64,000 nt of DNA. Source: a virus. Its lineage: Duplodnaviria > Caudoviricetes. Position 1 is the first letter of the stretch; every line of letters starts with the position of its first letter. This document shows positions 20,051-29,124 of this stretch, piece by piece. The notes under the pieces were generated by a model that was given only the letters and a program-made list of their open reading frames with translations, ran no database searches and was not told the origin of the DNA. Made by a program: the position numbers and the translations under genes. The stretch spans positions 43,036-107,035 of the IMG/VR virus record IMGVR_UViG_3300025606_000003. The stretch is one strand, 5' to 3'.

Positions 20051-20340
20051 ACAACACCCTTCGACGGTTGCTGGTACTCCACGATCACGCGCAGCAGCAC
20101 GGTGCAGGCTTCTACGCCTTCCTTGCAGCCTTCCGCCGACAGGCGGTCTCGCAGGTTCGTCACCGACACGATGTCGTTCACCAGATTCACGGCGATCGAC
20201 GGCTGCACCACCGGCACATCACCGACAGACACGGCAGTCTTGCCAAACAGCGACCGCGCAACGGCGACAAGCTGCTGGCGGTACACAAGCCCGGCGACGA
20301 GCGCAAACAGCCCGGCGCACAGCGATTGAAACTCAGTCAT
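20047..20340 (-). CDS. Small membrane protein
   Basis: GGAG RBS, N-terminal TM. Confidence 0.6.
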   Translation of the reverse strand: MTEFQSLCAGLFALVAGLVYRQQLVAVARSLFGKTAVSVGDVPVVQPSIAVNLVNDIVSVTNLRDRLSAEGCKEGVEACTVLLRVIVEYQQPSKGVV

Positions 20341-20381
20341 AAAGCACTCCAGTCTTAAAATACAGGGTTTACACCAGTGTA

Positions 20382-21194
20382 TCACGTTTTAGGAACGAGA
20401 ATGTACGGCTTGCCATTGATAACGATTGTGCCGCCCAAATGCACTGACGCGTCGCTAGTCATCGGCAACGGGTTTTTACGCTTGCCATACAGCTCCACGA
20501 TTTCCCGCACATCGCCAGCCTGCGGCTCAGTGACATTCGGGTCGTAATACGGCGCCATCAGGTTGCCCTTCGCTAAATGCGGCAGGCCCAACGCGTGACC
20601 CAGCTCGTGGCAAATCACAGCCACGGCCATGTTGAAGCTCCAGTCCTCGGCTTCATCAAACATTTGATCAAGCTGGATGCGCTCGTGCACGTCGCAAGGC
20701 AGCTCGCTCCACGCCAGCGTGCCGCCACGGTCATCCAGGCCGGCTTTTCGGCCTTTACCTGACCTGGCCAGAATATTGGCCTGCTCAGCCACGTCAGCGC
20801 GTTTGGGCTCGATGTCGCACACCGCCGCCCACTGCGAGAACGCAATGTCGTAGGCTTGCCGGGCCTGTTCTACTGAAATGCCCGGCAGCTGGATGTTCGG
20901 GAAGTACGTGATGTTCTTGTGCGGCCACCGACACGTCGAGTCGGCCGCCGAAAAATTGAAATCTGGCAGACCGCAGCGGCGCCTAGCCATCACGCTGGCG
21001 GTTGTCACGCCAACGGTACCGTCCGGCTCAATGCCGTGAAAGCGCTGATATTCGCGAATTGCGCGAGTCAGTTCAGCGCCTTTGATCCCTTTAACCTGGT
21101 TCCAGGTCTTTGCGCCGAAATAGCCGAAACCGTAAAGTTTCTGCAGAATTTCGCGGGTGGGGATGACGTGTGAATTAGATGGCATCCTTGCCAT
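20382..21194 (-). CDS. Peptidoglycan-binding domain + matrixin (M10) metalloprotease
   Basis: AIREYQRFHGIEPDGTVG (PGBD); RCGLPD cysteine-switch-like; HELGHALGLPH; LMAP Met-turn. Confidence 0.85.
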   Translation of the reverse strand: MARMPSNSHVIPTREILQKLYGFGYFGAKTWNQVKGIKGAELTRAIREYQRFHGIEPDGTVGVTTASVMARRRCGLPDFNFSAADSTCRWPHKNITYFPNIQLPGISVEQARQAYDIAFSQWAAVCDIEPKRADVAEQANILARSGKGRKAGLDDRGGTLAWSELPCDVHERIQLDQMFDEAEDWSFNMAVAVICHELGHALGLPHLAKGNLMAPYYDPNVTEPQAGDVREIVELYGKRKNPLPMTSDASVHLGGTIVINGKPYILVPKT

Positions 21195-21231
21195 AATTTC
21201 GCATCCTTGCGAGTAATGCGGTTGTGAGCAA

Positions 21232-21648
21232 TCAGCCGTCGAGCGGTTTGTTGCGCTCGGCCAGCCACAGCAGCTCGTCAATTGCAGCGTCGTCCGCGCT
21301 GTCACTGAGCTCGTAAACGGCTTCCAGCAGCGGGTTGCGCGCAGCAAAAAGAGTATCGTCCGCGCACGTATTGCGCCAGAGGTCTTTCAATTTTCTGCGC
21401 AGCCGAATCAGCTTGCGCGCTGGCAGTGCCCGCAGCTCGCGCATGTCTAGCCGCAACTCGTCAGTGTTGCGGTGCTCGCGGCAGTACGTGAGTACCTGAA
21501 TCAGCACAGAAATCAACGAGATAATCAGCAGCGGACTGAACTGAATAGATTTGTCCATGCGAAAACTCACCTCGGACTGCAGCTGGTTTTGCAGCTGCGC
21601 GAGCGCTGGTGAATTCTCGAGCCGCTCTTTCAGTTCTGCTTCAGTCAT
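21232..21648 (-). CDS. Single-TM hypothetical protein
   Basis: Start MTEAELKE overlaps upstream stop; FSPLLIISLISVLIQVL TM. Confidence 0.6.
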   Translation of the reverse strand: MTEAELKERLENSPALAQLQNQLQSEVSFRMDKSIQFSPLLIISLISVLIQVLTYCREHRNTDELRLDMRELRALPARKLIRLRRKLKDLWRNTCADDTLFAARNPLLEAVYELSDSADDAAIDELLWLAERNKPLDG

Positions 21649-22019
21649 GCGCCGCCCCCTTGCTGCCGCAAACGCTGCAGCTCCATCGCAGCGGTCATGT
21701 ACTGATACTTCGCCGTAAGCGCGGCTTCTTTCACCTGAGTGCGCGCCGAAATGAACTTCCACACAAGCGCCGAGTTGAGCAGGATAACCTGCGCGGCTCC
21801 AAGCAGCGCCGACAGCGCTTTCGTGAGCGTCGCCGCGTCTGTGCTGCTGAGCCAACCTAACACGACGCCGACAGTCACAAGATTTGTCGCGGCAGACACA
21901 ACCATGGCCCAAAACTCGGGCGTGAACCAGTCATTCGTGTTCACGGCGCCAACAGATTCTTCGGCAACTTCACCCAAAACGCGCATTTCCTCACGAATCG
22001 ACGGCGGGTATACAGACAT
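21645..22019 (-). CDS. Holin-like two-TM protein
   Basis: AGGAG RBS; WFTPEFW followed by two hydrophobic helices and a charged tail. Confidence 0.55.
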   Translation of the reverse strand: MSVYPPSIREEMRVLGEVAEESVGAVNTNDWFTPEFWAMVVSAATNLVTVGVVLGWLSSTDAATLTKALSALLGAAQVILLNSALVWKFISARTQVKEAALTAKYQYMTAAMELQRLRQQGGGA

Positions 22020-22088
22020 AGCGGCAGCTCCTGTAAATACGTGTTTGACTGGTATTATTTTGGCAGGTTGCGGTAATTCGCGCAACGG

Positions 22089-23129
22089 CTAGCGCCCGCC
22101 AAAAAGCGGCGGAACAATGGCGTGCATCATGCCGGCCCACAGCCCCATGTCCTGAAGCTTGTTTTGCGCTGCAGGCGTCAATCCGGCCAGCGCAGACAAA
22201 GTACGCCCGGCCAGATTTGCCGTGGCCAGACCTACTCCAGCAGAGACAAATCCACGCACAACGTCGATCGGCCTGATAATCGGCGACTGCGTACCGGCAC
22301 TAATGCCGCTGAGCATGCCCGTTGTCACCGCGGCGTACTGCGGCGGCGTGTGCATGCCGTTAGGGTTGTAATATTGCTTGTTAACGTCGTTCCAAGCCAT
22401 TTGATTGAACTGCTGCACGGGAATACTCGGCGCATACAAACCCGTATCATTTGACATCGTGGGATCCGGTCCAAAGTCGTAACTCTTTTTTTCGCCGGCT
22501 GTTTGCAGGTACGGCGGAATCGCGTTGTTGGGTGTGATCAAACCGTGCAGCGTATCTGTGTTCATGGCGCGGCCGGCGGCATAGGCGTTATTCAGCGCCA
22601 GGCCGGCGCCTGCGAGCCCGCCGGCGGCGGCTAAAGACCGGCGCAGCTTGCCGCGCTGTAAATAACGCTCCGGAAACAGCGTCTCAGCCAGCGCGCCAGT
22701 TCCGTACCCCAAGCCGCCGAGCAGCAGCCCGGCTACAACGCCGTTCGTCAGCGGCCTCGAGCCGCCCAGCATGGCGTTGCCGTAGTGCCACACTTTATCT
22801 AAGCCGGGAATCAACGAGCTCGCGCGCTTGATCAGAATTTCGCGGGCCCAGTCCGGCTGGCTTGCCGGTGCTGGAAAAACAATCCGGTCGGCCGGGCGGA
22901 TGGCAGCTGACACGTACGCCGCCGCTGTTTTTTCAGAGACAAGCTGCGTCAGGTATACCCGCAAAGTATCTGTGTCGGGAGACCAGGTGGCGGCGCTGAG
23001 CGGCAGAATATGCGACGCCAGCGCGGCCTTTTCGTGCGCAACGCGGGCCTTGGCCGCTTCGGGCAGCAGCTGAGCTACCCGGACCGGAACTTCCTGCCAC
23101 ACATTGATATCTAAGTCGTTTGTTTTCAT
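22089..23129 (-). CDS. Putative virion protein with multiple Gly-zippers
   Basis: HEKAA, EKTAA, IKRAS motifs; GLLLGGLGYGTG and AGGLAGAGLA segments. Confidence 0.65.
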   Translation of the reverse strand: MKTNDLDINVWQEVPVRVAQLLPEAAKARVAHEKAALASHILPLSAATWSPDTDTLRVYLTQLVSEKTAAAYVSAAIRPADRIVFPAPASQPDWAREILIKRASSLIPGLDKVWHYGNAMLGGSRPLTNGVVAGLLLGGLGYGTGALAETLFPERYLQRGKLRRSLAAAGGLAGAGLALNNAYAAGRAMNTDTLHGLITPNNAIPPYLQTAGEKKSYDFGPDPTMSNDTGLYAPSIPVQQFNQMAWNDVNKQYYNPNGMHTPPQYAAVTTGMLSGISAGTQSPIIRPIDVVRGFVSAGVGLATANLAGRTLSALAGLTPAAQNKLQDMGLWAGMMHAIVPPLFGGR

Positions 23130-23181
23130 GGGTTTACGCGATTCGCGAATTACGATTTTCCATTTTCTAGAAAAAGATAAA

Positions 23182-23448
23182 TCAGCTAAACAACGCACGC
23201 GTAAAACGCACAACACCGCGCAAAAACAACCACACCCACAGCACGATACCGCTGACAGCTAAAAAAACCATCACCGGCACTGTAAACACAGCGGCCCCGA
23301 GCTTTTTCTTGTCCAGCTGCCGCAGCAGCAGCCACGCTTTCAACCACGCTGCCCGGGCCGGGTTCGGCTCGTCGGGGGGCGGGGTTGGTACAGGCACCGG
23401 AGTTGGCGCCGGCGGGGCGTCAGGTCGAATCCACGGAAACAGCGGCAT
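23182..23448 (-). CDS. Small membrane protein
   Basis: GGAGG RBS; Pro-rich N-terminus, C-terminal TM. Confidence 0.6.
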   Translation of the reverse strand: MPLFPWIRPDAPPAPTPVPVPTPPPDEPNPARAAWLKAWLLLRQLDKKKLGAAVFTVPVMVFLAVSGIVLWVWLFLRGVVRFTRALFS

Positions 23449-23449
23449 A

Positions 23450-24823
23450 TTAGCGCCTCCATCGTGGCAACGACGCGAGCGCGCCGTCACCGTAACGTTC
23501 GAACAACTGGTCTTGCAAACTCGGCTGCGGTAGCTCTCCGCGGAAAGCTTTCAGCGCCATTTGATAACGGTAATTTGGATCCAGCTGCGCGCGCCAAATG
23601 TCATGATTGCGGCGTGTTTGCAGCATGAAATCGCCGCGGCGTTTGACCTCAGCCAGCTGGTTTTGAATATTCTCAAACACAGGCTTAGCGTGATCATACG
23701 GAATGATGTTGTTCACAGCCGCCGGGTTGAACATCTGCATCGCCTGATTGAGATAAACGCTGCCAGCTTTTTTGACGCCGGGCGGAATCGCAGTCGGGTG
23801 CACATGAAACCGAAACTTTGTTGGGCTGTGCGTAACGCCCTTGTACTTTGGCGTGTCGTCGTCGATCTGCCAATCGTCCGGTTTTTCTGTCATCAACTGC
23901 CGCAAAATATTGTTCTTGTGCTCGTAGCGTTTGTTGTCGGAATGCTTTTTAGCCTCGTGCAGTCGCGACAACGTAGCAGCGGCAGCAAACTTTTCTACGG
24001 TTTCGATTTTTTGGTAGTCGCGCGGGTCTTCGGACAGGTGATCCTTGGCAATTTCTTTGGCGATTTGGTCATTGGCGGTGTGTTCGCACTCATGCTGTTG
24101 TCCTTCGGTCGTCGTCTTCGGGGGAAACTTGCTGTCCAATACGTGGTCTGCCGCAACGCCGGGCAAAATATCTTTGACGGCTGCCGCTTTTAGCTCGCCG
24201 CGAGTACTACCTTGCACGGGCATTGCATCTTCTTCTTCGGCGTGCGTCACCCGGCTCACCGAGTTATTGCGCAGCACATTGCGGCGGCGGACTGCCACTG
24301 TAATGTGAAACTGGTGGTCCTCATTAGGCAGCGGCGACAGGCCGTAACTTTTGCGCAGCGCCGCAAGCTCAGGACTGGCCGCCTGGATCGCCCAAACGCG
24401 GTTCAGACCATTACTGTCAGGCGTGAACTCGCGAACTTGGCCCAGCGCATAATGAAAATGGTGCCCGCGCTCGCTAATCTTGTCCGGCCCGATTTTTTCA
24501 ACCTCGTCGCCGGTCATGACCGTAATGTGCGCGTTGAGCACGTCTTTGTCGCCCGGCTCGCCTTGAAATGCGCTTAACGTTGGCAGCTCTGCGCCAGGCG
24601 CTGTCATGGCGTCAAATACGCCGCGCACAAGCGCATTGGGCACGGATAACAACAACCAGCCGCTTTTTGACAAGTACAGCCGGCCAGACAGATAGTGGTT
24701 TACGCCCACGGCAGCCCCGGTTTTGGACAACCAGGCCGCGGCGTTCCCGATCGTATACGCCGGGTGTAACTTCAGGCTGGCCGGATCCCAAGCCAGCGAA
24801 TCAAGAATAGAAAGCCCATCCAT
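23450..24823 (-). CDS. Modular protein: 2H phosphoesterase + EHT..IA.DHL (DUF5661-like) + two further modules
   Basis: Two HxT motifs (NAHITVM, QFHITVA); ECEHTANDQIAKEIAKDHLSEDP; modules separated by LKAAA, EKFAA, VKKAG. Confidence 0.7.
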   Translation of the reverse strand: MDGLSILDSLAWDPASLKLHPAYTIGNAAAWLSKTGAAVGVNHYLSGRLYLSKSGWLLLSVPNALVRGVFDAMTAPGAELPTLSAFQGEPGDKDVLNAHITVMTGDEVEKIGPDKISERGHHFHYALGQVREFTPDSNGLNRVWAIQAASPELAALRKSYGLSPLPNEDHQFHITVAVRRRNVLRNNSVSRVTHAEEEDAMPVQGSTRGELKAAAVKDILPGVAADHVLDSKFPPKTTTEGQQHECEHTANDQIAKEIAKDHLSEDPRDYQKIETVEKFAAAATLSRLHEAKKHSDNKRYEHKNNILRQLMTEKPDDWQIDDDTPKYKGVTHSPTKFRFHVHPTAIPPGVKKAGSVYLNQAMQMFNPAAVNNIIPYDHAKPVFENIQNQLAEVKRRGDFMLQTRRNHDIWRAQLDPNYRYQMALKAFRGELPQPSLQDQLFERYGDGALASLPRWRR

Positions 24824-24840
24824 GCCGTTGCCTTTCTGGC

Positions 24841-24993
24841 TTACGGCGCTTGATGCAGCTCGCCAGCTGCGGCAGCGTGCACCCGGGCCGAGGTCGCCAC
24901 CGATGCGGCAGACGAAAAGAGCGCCAAACCGCTCATAAACGCCGCCACCCACGCCACCGCGCTCAACGTATAACGAAGTTTACGCTCAATCAT
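24841..24993 (-). CDS. Small TM peptide downstream of holin
   Basis: 50 aa with a hydrophobic core; start overlaps the holin stop. Confidence 0.5.
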   Translation of the reverse strand: MIERKLRYTLSAVAWVAAFMSGLALFSSAASVATSARVHAAAAGELHQAP

Positions 24994-25345
24994 GCGTTTT
25001 CTCCTTGTCGGCGTCTTCAAATGTCGGGTTGCGCTCATGAGTGATTATGACCTTCACCCCCGCTCCGCTCAAAATCGACCAAAAAATGTCCGAGAGCGTA
25101 GAGCCGCCCATACCAGCCAGCGCGCAAATGCCGATCAGACCGGAAATGTTCTCTTCTTTACAGAAATGCCGGTACCAAATCAGCCCGATCGCCAGGCCCA
25201 TGAAGCCGGCGTTCAGCATCGCACTTAACACTGATAACCAGTTGATTTTACGCGCAAAACGCAAAAACGTGGCCAGTCCCGCAAAGGCTGCCACGCCGAA
25301 AGCGCTCAAAAAAACAAAAAGCGCGTCCAGGTTGTCTGTGTTCAT
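24986..25345 (-). CDS. Holin-like three-TM protein (LydA-like)
   Basis: Three hydrophobic helices, ALAGMGG motif, charged C-tail. Confidence 0.65.
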   Translation of the reverse strand: MNTDNLDALFVFLSAFGVAAFAGLATFLRFARKINWLSVLSAMLNAGFMGLAIGLIWYRHFCKEENISGLIGICALAGMGGSTLSDIFWSILSGAGVKVIITHERNPTFEDADKEKTHD

Positions 25346-25349
25346 GTGC

Positions 25350-25610
25350 CGCCCCGCTGAACTGGGATGTCGCAAGGCCCCTGTGATCCCCTCCCACAGG
25401 TCCTGCGTCAGCAAGCTGACGCTCCGCGATGACTTACAAGGGTGTTATTACCCCGTGTGGCATTCACCGCGCCTCCAACCGTGTTCACGTCGTACTCTGA
25501 CCACGGATCCTGCTCCCCCTGCGACATCCATGCCGCAAGAAAAGCGCCTAACCGATCGGCCACCACGACCAACCTGCGACACTTGCACGGATTAACCGCG
25601 CAAGTGTTAA
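25350..25610 (-). promoter_or_regulatory. Structured 5' leader of the holin-like gene
   Basis: ORF-free stretch with at least five hairpins, G-U pairs consistent with the minus strand. Confidence 0.5.
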
Positions 25611-25670
25611 TTTATCAGTTTTTGCCGGGTCGGCACAAAGCGTGTTGTCAAAGAGCGCGGCGAGCCAGCC

Positions 25671-26180
25671 TTAGAGATACCGTGAAATCTCATTACTGCA
25701 TACCCCCGCTGGCTCGCCAGACTCAAGCCAGCCGGGTTCTGCCAGTTCCGGATACACGGCAATCGCCCGCGGCGGCAGCGCAGTACCGGGCAAACACCAC
25801 AGATACTGCACGGTTGTTAATGTCACTGCAGCGCCAACCGGCACAACATGCGCCCCCATGTCACACAGCGAATTAAGTGTGACCGGGTCAGCCGCCAGAA
25901 ACCACACCTGCGGATTCGAAAGCATCGCGTACGGCAACCGGCAATATCCGGCTTTTGTCGGCAACAGCATCGCGCCGTGTTGCGCCACGACCTCGCAGCA
26001 CACGCTGTAGCCAATCGCCAGCGCGTTCTGTAAATAGCCCGGTGTGTTTTGCTGATCTTCCTGCACGCCAGAGATATTGCCGAGATGCGAAATCAGAATC
26101 AAGTTGCCGTGTTTGTGCTTGCGCTGCCCGGTGACCCAGCTGCTGATCAGTTTGCGATTTGAAACCTTGTTGCCCTTCAT
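25671..26180 (-). CDS. GDPD-like TIM-barrel protein
   Basis: LISHLGN...NTPGYLQNALAIGYSV resembles the ISHRGN...YI..A...GYDVE family. Confidence 0.55.
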   Translation of the reverse strand: MKGNKVSNRKLISSWVTGQRKHKHGNLILISHLGNISGVQEDQQNTPGYLQNALAIGYSVCCEVVAQHGAMLLPTKAGYCRLPYAMLSNPQVWFLAADPVTLNSLCDMGAHVVPVGAAVTLTTVQYLWCLPGTALPPRAIAVYPELAEPGWLESGEPAGVCSNEISRYL

Positions 26181-26194
26181 GGCTGTTTATCCTT

Positions 26195-26830
26195 TTAGCG
26201 GCAATATCGCAGGCGCTGCTCGCGCCAATATCTGGCCTGCGACGTGACCGGAATGTTGCTGTCGTCGTTGCCTTCTTGAAAACAGAGGGCGTATCGTAGC
26301 GGCATGCCCAGTGGCTGTCCATTGTGTTTGAGATAGTCGCGAGTCATCAGCACATCACAATGGTTGTAGCGCGAAATCGCGAGTAAATCCCGGCAGCCGG
26401 CTGCAGAAACCAGGTATCCGTGCGCGCCCCAGCCAGCTGAAACAATCCGCACGATGTACTTGGAAACCGGCTCCGTGCGGGCGTGCGAACTGTGGAATTG
26501 CCAGAAGCGCCACGTTGCCGGTAACTCGGCGGCAGCGCGCGGAAAGATATCTTTGAAGTCAGATGTGAATACAACGTCATCCTCGAACACGGCAACCGTC
26601 TCGTACCCGCGCTCGAGACAGAGTTTCCAGCAATGTCGGTGGCTGTCCAAGGCGCCTGCGTGCTTGCCATCAATGCCGCCGACTGTTTTAGCCGCGTATG
26701 TAATCGCAGACACACGCTCAACTGGCCAGGCCAGCTGCTGAAACCGCGGCAGCACCGATTCCCAGCGGTCGGCGCGCCGATCCATGTTGACGCAGAGCGC
26801 TGGAATGCGCCGATAGTCTACGAGGGCCAT
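26195..26830 (-). CDS. Glycosyltransferase family 25
   Basis: VNMDRRADRW, SH..W, VFEDD, WGAHGYLVS. Confidence 0.85.
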   Translation of the reverse strand: MALVDYRRIPALCVNMDRRADRWESVLPRFQQLAWPVERVSAITYAAKTVGGIDGKHAGALDSHRHCWKLCLERGYETVAVFEDDVVFTSDFKDIFPRAAAELPATWRFWQFHSSHARTEPVSKYIVRIVSAGWGAHGYLVSAAGCRDLLAISRYNHCDVLMTRDYLKHNGQPLGMPLRYALCFQEGNDDSNIPVTSQARYWREQRLRYCR

Positions 26831-26845
26831 GTTGCTGCCCCGCGA

Positions 26846-27247
26846 TCACAGATTCTTGGCAGCGATCAAACAGTCACGCGCTACAGCACGCAGCCAAAAC
26901 CATGTGCGGCGACAAAAAGAAGCTTTACCAGCAATCACGGCCGAGTAAGCATCGAACATGAGCCGCCGCCGGGCCTCGACCGAAACGGGATCTTGAAGGC
27001 GCGCCACTGCGCGCGCCGCGGACGCAAAAATGTACCGCGCAAACGTAGATTCAAAATCGCGCGCAGTAATAGTGCCGCCGGCATTGATGCCATCAAAAAC
27101 GATAGGCACATTTTGAGGGTCAAAATCTTTTTGCCAACCCGCGCCGCGCGGCCAGTGCGTCGAGTCAGGCCGCCACTCAGCGCGCGAAACCAATCGGGGC
27201 GGGATAATCGCGGAGTCATCTCGCCAAAATTTGCTTTCTGTAATCAC
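26846..27247 (-). CDS. Hypothetical protein
   Basis: AGGAG RBS, 133 aa. Confidence 0.6.
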   Translation of the reverse strand: MITESKFWRDDSAIIPPRLVSRAEWRPDSTHWPRGAGWQKDFDPQNVPIVFDGINAGGTITARDFESTFARYIFASAARAVARLQDPVSVEARRRLMFDAYSAVIAGKASFCRRTWFWLRAVARDCLIAAKNL

Positions 27248-27250
27248 AGT

Positions 27251-27616
27251 TCAGCTCCTTGTTACAGAATTTTCGTTGTCCGGTTTTTGTGCTGCTGCTT
27301 CTTCTTCGATCAAGCGCCGCAACACAACAACAGCCGCCTGCAAATCCACAGAAACACCGCTTTTGCCATCTTTGTCGCGTACTTGAATTGACGCGCCGCC
27401 GTCCGGTTGCGCAATAATTGCCCAGTTGTAAACGCCATTTTTACACTTGCGACTGCGCGCCGCAACATACACTGAATCGTGTTCAAAGCCTACGGTTACG
27501 TTCTCAACGGCGTTATCAATGGTGTTATCAACGGCCGGATTGCTAATCCACAAAAACGCCCTGGCTTTGTCCACCATAGACGCCAACATTGAAAAATGAA
27601 ACGGGGGCATATTCAT
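27251..27616 (-). CDS. Hypothetical protein
   Basis: AAGGAG RBS, 121 aa. Confidence 0.6.
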   Translation of the reverse strand: MNMPPFHFSMLASMVDKARAFLWISNPAVDNTIDNAVENVTVGFEHDSVYVAARSRKCKNGVYNWAIIAQPDGGASIQVRDKDGKSGVSVDLQAAVVVLRRLIEEEAAAQKPDNENSVTRS

Positions 27617-27641
27617 TGTTTAGCTCCTTGTAGCTTTTTAG

Positions 27642-28673
27642 TTAAAGAATCTTTGCCGCAATCAGGCACCCGCGGGCAACCGCGTGCAGCGGATCCCGAG
27701 CGTGCCGCACTTCTTTGACGGGCAGCGGAAAACCGCTGGCCGCCAATTTCTTCTCAAATACCGGCACAAAACCTTTGGCCTGGCTGGTGCCGCCCGCAAT
27801 CACCACCGGCAGCGGCTGTTTGAACTTCGGCAGCAGCTTGTGCCCGGTCATGGCTGCGGCAAGCTGTTTGGTGGTGTAGTCAATCAGGCGCACGTAATAG
27901 CTTGAAACAGCCGCCAGAATATGATTCTCGTTTGGCTGGCCGATCGTGAATTCGCCTTGTTCTTTCTCGGCTTGAACTACCGAGTCAGCCTCGGTAGTTG
28001 CCACAGCTGTCATCCGGTCGATCCAGTCGCCGGACTTAGTCGTGCTGAACATCACGGTCGGCTCGCCGTTGAGCATTACGCAGCAATTCACCATGCCCGC
28101 CCCGCAAGACAGCGCTACGCCTGTGTAATCATCTTGCTCGAGTTCGGAGTAGCACAGCGCCTCAGCTTCGTTGATTGCGCGGGCTTCGTAGCCACATTCG
28201 GCCAAAATGCCCTTTACAACGTCTTCGTGATACCCCACGTCAAAGTCGTCGTCTTCCTGGTCAACAGGCTGCGCTGGAATACAAAACACCAGCTTTTCGT
28301 TGGGCTGGCTGGCCTTGCCGCAGACCTGCTGCAGAATGAATGCCAGCACGCGCCGGGCGTCTTTTTCTTTCACAGACACAACGCCGCGGTGCATCGGCCG
28401 TTTCGCAGAGTCATTGCGCTCGATGGCTTTTTCGATGGCGTCTTTGCCCAACAGAATAAAGCTCCCGTCGGCATCTTTTACGAACACCCGCCCGGCCAGG
28501 CCCTTCTCGATCATCTTGGTAGCCACCGGCGTCGCGGGCTTGATCACGTAGAACGCGTCCCGAAAATCCGTGTAGTCCACGTTGCCGACGCGCACCTGGC
28601 TGGTGGTAGTGTTCGCAGCCGCGTCCTGCGCAAGCACAATAAAACTGGTACCGACGTCGAGTCCCTTGGCCAT
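27642..28673 (-). CDS. Actin-like ATPase (MreB/ParM/MamK superfamily)
   Basis: Phosphate-1 GLDVGTS, connect-1 INEAEAL, phosphate-2 SCGAGMVN, adenosine VIAGGTS, connect-2 PLHAVARG. Confidence 0.88.
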   Translation of the reverse strand: MAKGLDVGTSFIVLAQDAAANTTTSQVRVGNVDYTDFRDAFYVIKPATPVATKMIEKGLAGRVFVKDADGSFILLGKDAIEKAIERNDSAKRPMHRGVVSVKEKDARRVLAFILQQVCGKASQPNEKLVFCIPAQPVDQEDDDFDVGYHEDVVKGILAECGYEARAINEAEALCYSELEQDDYTGVALSCGAGMVNCCVMLNGEPTVMFSTTKSGDWIDRMTAVATTEADSVVQAEKEQGEFTIGQPNENHILAAVSSYYVRLIDYTTKQLAAAMTGHKLLPKFKQPLPVVIAGGTSQAKGFVPVFEKKLAASGFPLPVKEVRHARDPLHAVARGCLIAAKIL

Positions 28674-28676
28674 TTG

Positions 28677-29039
28677 TCAGCTCCTTTTGAGTTGGGCCAA
28701 CCTGTTGGCGGCCGAATCAATATCATCCTGCACGGTTTGTTTTTCGCCCAGCGCCACGGTCACTGGTTTTTCGAGGCCGGCTGTATTAACGTCTGTCACG
28801 AATTTCCGGTCGTCGATTGTGATCGGCTGCGGCTCGGCTGAACCTTTGACAAGCCACCGGCGCGGCTTTTCAATGGCGCCGGGCCTGGCCGGGCCGGAGC
28901 CTGCCGGTCCGTTTTCCAGGCGGCGCAGTTTCTCGTGCAGAGAATCAACCCGGCCGAGCAGATAGCCCAGCAGAAACGCGCCCGCCGCCAGTAAGCACCA
29001 CTGCGTCATGATGTGCGCCCGTTTTTGCCAGTCGGTCAT
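28677..29039 (-). CDS. N-terminally membrane-anchored protein upstream of actin
   Basis: TM LLAAGAFLLGYLLG, short coiled coil, C-terminal amphipathic helix; 3 nt before the actin ATG. Confidence 0.65.
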   Translation of the reverse strand: MTDWQKRAHIMTQWCLLAAGAFLLGYLLGRVDSLHEKLRRLENGPAGSGPARPGAIEKPRRWLVKGSAEPQPITIDDRKFVTDVNTAGLEKPVTVALGEKQTVQDDIDSAANRLAQLKRS

Positions 29040-29124
29040 TGATATCTATCCGACGCCAACGGCCGCCAGATCTACAGCGGTTTTAGCAAAAACAGGTAAC
29101 GTCTCACAAACTGCGGGAGCATCA

